DNA of 64,000 nucleotides, taken from contig JALAGF010005628.1 of NCBI GenBank assembly GCA_030167865.1, positions 1-64,000 of the forward strand, given 5' to 3'. The position numbers and the translations under genes are program-made. The notes under the pieces were generated by a model. That model ran no database searches. It was not told where the DNA came from and saw only the letters and a list, made by a program, of their open reading frames with translations. The DNA is from Craspedostauros australis. Taxonomy: Eukaryota. Of this stretch, positions 59,901 to 64,000 are shown piece by piece; position 1 is the stretch's first letter, and each line of letters starts with the position of its first letter.

Positions 59901-62234
59901 GAGCAAGCTTCGAGCTCCATGGATCCGAACTTGTCCTTGAGGTTGAGCTCGGAGGATCCGGATGGATCGAAGGTGAGCACCTGGAGGGGCTGGCTTCCCG
60001 TGGAAGAANNNNNNNNNNNNNNNNNNNNNNNNNNNNNNNNNNNNNNNNNNNNNNNNNNCTGGAGGGGCTGGCTTCCCGTGGAAGAAAGAGTGCAAGTGAC
60101 GCTGCTTGGAAGCTGGATGTTGGGCATGGAGGATGAGACGATGAACGTCTCTCCTGCGCCGATCGGTCCGCTGGTGGTTGTGAGGGGCATCTGGTTGCTT
60201 GCATCGACACAGCTCACCACCATCTCACTGACGGTGGTGATGTCGCCTGGCTCGCTGCACACGGATGGCGGCATGGGTTGGGTGTTGACGCTGTCGCCGC
60301 ATGGTGATGGAACGAACTTGAAGCGAGTCTCGGAGATGCTGTCGCCGTCGGAGCACTGGGCAGGGGCCTCAGTGATCTCCATGCAGTCGCGACCGTTCTC
60401 GTCGGTGCATGTGATGTCGACATCGACGCGACATGCCACAGCAATGTCGAAGGTGAATGTTTCGTCATCCTGGCATGTCGGGCCGAACGGTGGGTCGGCT
60501 TCGACACGGACGTTGGTTGTGTATGTGGCGCCCATGCACACGTCCACCACATCGGGTTCGTTGATCTGTACTTGGTCTCTCACTCCGATGGTCTTGTTTT
60601 GGATCAATCCGAAGAGGCTCTCTTCAGCACCGCCGCGCTCGCGGAAGAACAGCGTGACCTCCATGGGAACTTCGCCGATGTTTCTCAAGAAGTACGAGTA
60701 GCTGATGTCGACGAGGCAGTTTCTCTCATCGCCACCGACATCACATGATTCCAGCTGCAGCATTCCGTACTTGTCCTTGAGGTAGAGATCCATGTTGCCG
60801 CTTGTGTCGATGGAGAAGTTCTGGATTTCGTCCCCTCCGCTTGTCACTTCGCAGATGGTTGCAGTTGGCAAAACGGTCACGCCATCTCCAATGGTGATGC
60901 GATCTCCCACGACGACATTTGTTGCAGGCAGGATCGTGGTTGTGGATGAATCGAAGCAGGTGATGGTCATGGTGGTTCCTGGTTGTGGCATCGTTCCGGT
61001 GTCCTCGCAGAAGGCATCGAGGGGTGTCATTCCGTCGTTGGCAAACATGTACTGAGTGTTGAGACTGTCGTTGCATGTTCCGCCTGTGACGACGAAGGAG
61101 AGTTCGGTGATTGGCTGTCCGGTTGAGCATTGTCCGTCTGGTGATTGCAGGTCTTCGCATGGGATTCCGCCGGCTGCGTTGCAATCAATGATTGCCTGGT
61201 GTGCGCGAATGTGCATGTTCCATTTCGATGAGAATCACGCGTTTGACAGATCACGGGAATGTAAAAACAAAAGGGTCAGTCGGTTTGCTCTCCTCCAACA
61301 ATTGTGCGCCTGCTGTGTTGGTGTGGTGATGCCTCTTCAATCTTGTACCATACATGCATCGAGTTGCAGGGACGCAGTGAGAGCAAGAACTTACCTCCAC
61401 AAGGCATTCACCGGGCTCGGTTGGTGTTTGCGAGGGCATCACGGATGGAAGGCTGGATGGGCGTGCGGAGGGGTTGCTCGATGGATTTTCAGAGGGAGTT
61501 GTTGATGGGGTTGGTGACGGTTGGTCGCTTGGCGTGGCACTTGGAGGAGTGCTGGGGGTGCTGGAAGGCGGTTCACTCGGAGTGACTGACGGGGTTTTCG
61601 AGGGAGTTGCCGAAGGCGTGGCCGATGGCGGCACGCTTGGTAGGCTCGAAGGATCCACTGAAGGTGTCGCCGATGGTGTTGTTGATGGTGTTGTTGACGG
61701 TGTCGCCGATGGTGTTGTTGATGGTGTTGTTGACGGTGTTGTTGACGGTGTTGTTGACGGTGTTGTTGACGGTGTCGTTGACGGTGTCGTTGATGGTGTC
61801 GTTGATGGTGTCGTTGATGGTGTCGCCGAAGGTGTTTTTGAGGGTGTCTCCGAAGGAGTGGCCGATGGTGGCACACTTGGATTGCTCGAAGGTTTGACTG
61901 AAGGCGTCGATGACGGCGGTTCACTCGGGGTGTCGGACGGTTTCGTTGAAGGTCTTGCCGACGGAACGGGTGATGGCATATCCGAAGGTTTGGTAGACGG
62001 CCTTGCAGAAGGCGTCGCAGATGGCGGAACCGACGGCTCCTCGGAAACGATGACGCTCTCACCGACTTCCTCCATTAGCCTTGCGTAAAACTCTTCATCC
62101 TCGACGTCGACACCAAGGTTGTCTCCAACATCGCCACGAGGCTGCGCGACCACTGTCAGAATATCAGTTCTGCAACAAGACAGCACGACTGTCGTGACGA
62201 GGAAGGGAACGAGGCCCTGTGTGCGCAACCTCAT
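53903..62234 (-). CDS. Giant secreted protein (~2700 aa): signal peptide, PS/PT repeats, five Cys-rich modules, ~1000-aa PSASPSAT array
   Basis: join(62234..61395, 61195..53903). GAG|GTAAG ... CACCAG| gives GECLVEAIIDC. Signal MRLRTQGLVPFLVTTVVLSCC. Module signature L(K/L)DxF/YGxx(Q/E/D)L/F occurs five times. No TM segment. Contains two N gaps. Confidence 0.85.
55620..58800 (-). repeat. Coding minisatellite with 12-bp subunit / 24-bp unit (PSAS-PSAT and variants PSAM, PSIM, PSTT, PSVS)
   Basis: About 3.1 kb continuous periodic array, interrupted by a 50-N gap at 56163-56212, so the true length is uncertain. Confidence 0.95.
61660..61830 (-). repeat. 12-bp coding tandem repeat (PSTT)n in exon 1 of the giant secreted protein
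   Basis: GGTGTYGTTGAY units on the + strand. Confidence 0.9.
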
Positions 62235-63702
62235 GGTGATGCTTCGATCGGCAGCTCTTGTCGGATGCCTCGATGCTATAGTAGTATGCTGGCACGTTGT
62301 CTCCGTTCAATGTTGTCTCCTGACTGATCTTGTATTCTCGTTGAGTTCCAGGATCCGCAAATGGGTGAGGAAGGAAACGAGATTGTTTTGTGACGGAAAA
62401 ACAAAACATGCTTTGCGGATTGATTGCTTCTCTGCGTTGTGAGTGGTGCTTCATATGCATGTATTCATGTACGTATACTGTTGATATATTGTTGTTTAAT
62501 TGCAGCGTTAGTTGCGTCGTGTCATCAGCGATTTTTCGAGGACTGAGTTCATCTAACACTATTACGCTGGTACTGTTTGAAGGTCATGTGATTCAACGCT
62601 TTCCGTTAAAAATGTTCATACTACACTATCATGTGACACGATTAAAGCATCGTTACTATCGCAATACTGCTGGAAAGTACGACACATGCCGCATCACTCC
62701 CTGATTTGCGACAACAATCGGCTCTTCCACACACAAGATACCAAAGGCGCAAACAAGCACTCCCTTTTTCTGTGGTGTTCTCGGACGAACGAAATAGGTC
62801 GTCGGACTGCACGAGCAGGGCATACAGCGGAAGTCTCTATTGGTACCTATTCTGCTTTCCCTCTCTCTCTATTTCTGGAGAGAGAGTGTGTGTGTGTACT
62901 TATGGAGCATTGCGAGAGCCGTGTGCTTGCTCGCATCGCAGAGTAAACGTGACCATCTTCTTGATGGTCGCAATTCGGACAAGAAGTCAAGAACGCTTGG
63001 TGGAGTCCAATTAGAGTCCGAATAGAAGTACACGCAGCGGACATATTGTACGTACAATGACTGTTCGCGAACAATACGGACTGGCTGAAACGTGGATGAA
63101 TCAATGGTTGGGGAAGGTACTCAGTAAATGTCTTTTTAGAACACCGGCATTCATTCTATTCTTTGTCATACGTCGATATTGTTAGGGTGTCTCTTTGTCG
63201 TTGCCAACACGAGGCGGTATCCGAATCAGATGGTCCCTTATGAGTCGTTTTGAGTGTTCCCGATAAGTCCCGCAAACTGTAGAGAGGATCTTGTTCACGA
63301 ATGATGCAGTTCAGAACACGGATACTAGTAAGTCCCGTGTGTTTCCACGATGAACGAGGGGTGTTGTGTGGTGTTGTGTGGTGGTGTGAGTTGGTGGTGC
63401 CAAAACAGGCACGCAACAGAGAAGGAAGACAAGAGATGAGGCAATCGAGCAGATCATCATTGTCATTCATCCGTCGCCAGCATCGTTGCAATCATCTGTG
63501 TGATCGTCAACGAGATCAGTGCGGGAGACTGAGGAAGCATAGTCCAATTTCCGAGCAGCCTGCTCTCCAAACCTTAGCGGTCGCAAGCGCACTGACGAAC
63601 GCGCTGACAAACGCACTCACGAGCCAAGTCGTCTGCTCCTGAGGAAGGAAGAGCGTCCAGTTTGGCACAGCAGACCACCTGCCACAGAGCATCGCCGCGA
63701 TC

Positions 63703-64000
63703 ATGCAACCGATCCGAAGCAAAGACGCGCAGCCAAAAGATGTTCAGCACAGGGTGTCGTTGGGCGCGTACAAGACGGTGAAGAGCCAGGGCGAGTTTCC
63801 TTCCATCGGGTCGACGTTGGGGCAGTTCTTCTCGGTTGGCAGGCTGGGAAAGGGGACCTTCTGCAGCATCCATCGCTGCATCAATCTCAACCACTTCCAC
63901 TCGCAGGACCAGCGCCGAAGTGAGAATGATGGCGCCAGCAGCAACGACAGCAACGACAGCAACACCGGCAGCCATGGTGATGGCTCCAGCAGCAAACGAG
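63703..64000 (+). CDS. Ser/Thr protein kinase, 5' part, runs off the window end
   Basis: ATG at 63703 opens a frame with no stop to the end: MQPIRSKDAQPK...FPSIGSTLGQFFSVGRLGKGTFCSIHRC, matching kinase subdomain I (LGxGxF). Absent from the ORF track because it has no stop. Confidence 0.72.
   Translation, partial: MQPIRSKDAQPKDVQHRVSLGAYKTVKSQGEFPSIGSTLGQFFSVGRLGKGTFCSIHRCINLNHFHSQDQRRSENDGASSNDSNDSNTGSHGDGSSSKR

Noticed and set aside
63574..63975. 133-aa minus-strand ORF with a hydrophobic start
   Set aside because: Antisense to the kinase frame. Its hydrophobic stretch is the reverse complement of the S/N/D repeat.
7182..64000. The gene set as a functional cluster (RNA-binding and nuclear regulators)
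   Set aside because: Mixed housekeeping functions and orientations are typical of eukaryotic gene order; no evidence of co-regulation from sequence alone.

Overview
Eukaryotic nuclear DNA, most consistent with a diatom or related stramenopile. That assignment is inferred from the gene families, the Ty1/copia element and the P/S/T-repeat secreted proteins. Positions 357-6481 hold a decayed minus-strand Ty1/copia LTR retrotransposon with both LTRs, PBS and PPT recognisable and CpG-type mutations in its catalytic motifs. The rest is gene-dense, with 14 protein genes that I reconstructed by hand across GT-AG introns. In order they are: a C2HC zinc-finger protein, EMC8/9, a type-I membrane mucin-like protein with a cytosolic RRM, an unknown protein, U2AF65, a stand-alone TAZ zinc-finger protein, RPC6/POLR3F, a Mei2-like RRM protein, a TALE homeodomain-RING fusion, HMCES/SRAP, a Rab5-family GTPase, a kinesin-4, a ~2700-aa secreted Cys-module/PS-repeat protein, and the 5' end of a protein kinase. 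The strongest unexplained signal is in the introns. All 12 reconstructed introns (199-657 nt) have 90-345 nt AG-free zones before the 3' splice site, usually with a branch-point-like motif near the far end, suggesting distant-branch-point splicing is the norm here. No rRNA, tRNA or CRISPR array was seen. Two 50-N scaffold gaps lie in the last large gene. All counts were made by eye and need computational confirmation.
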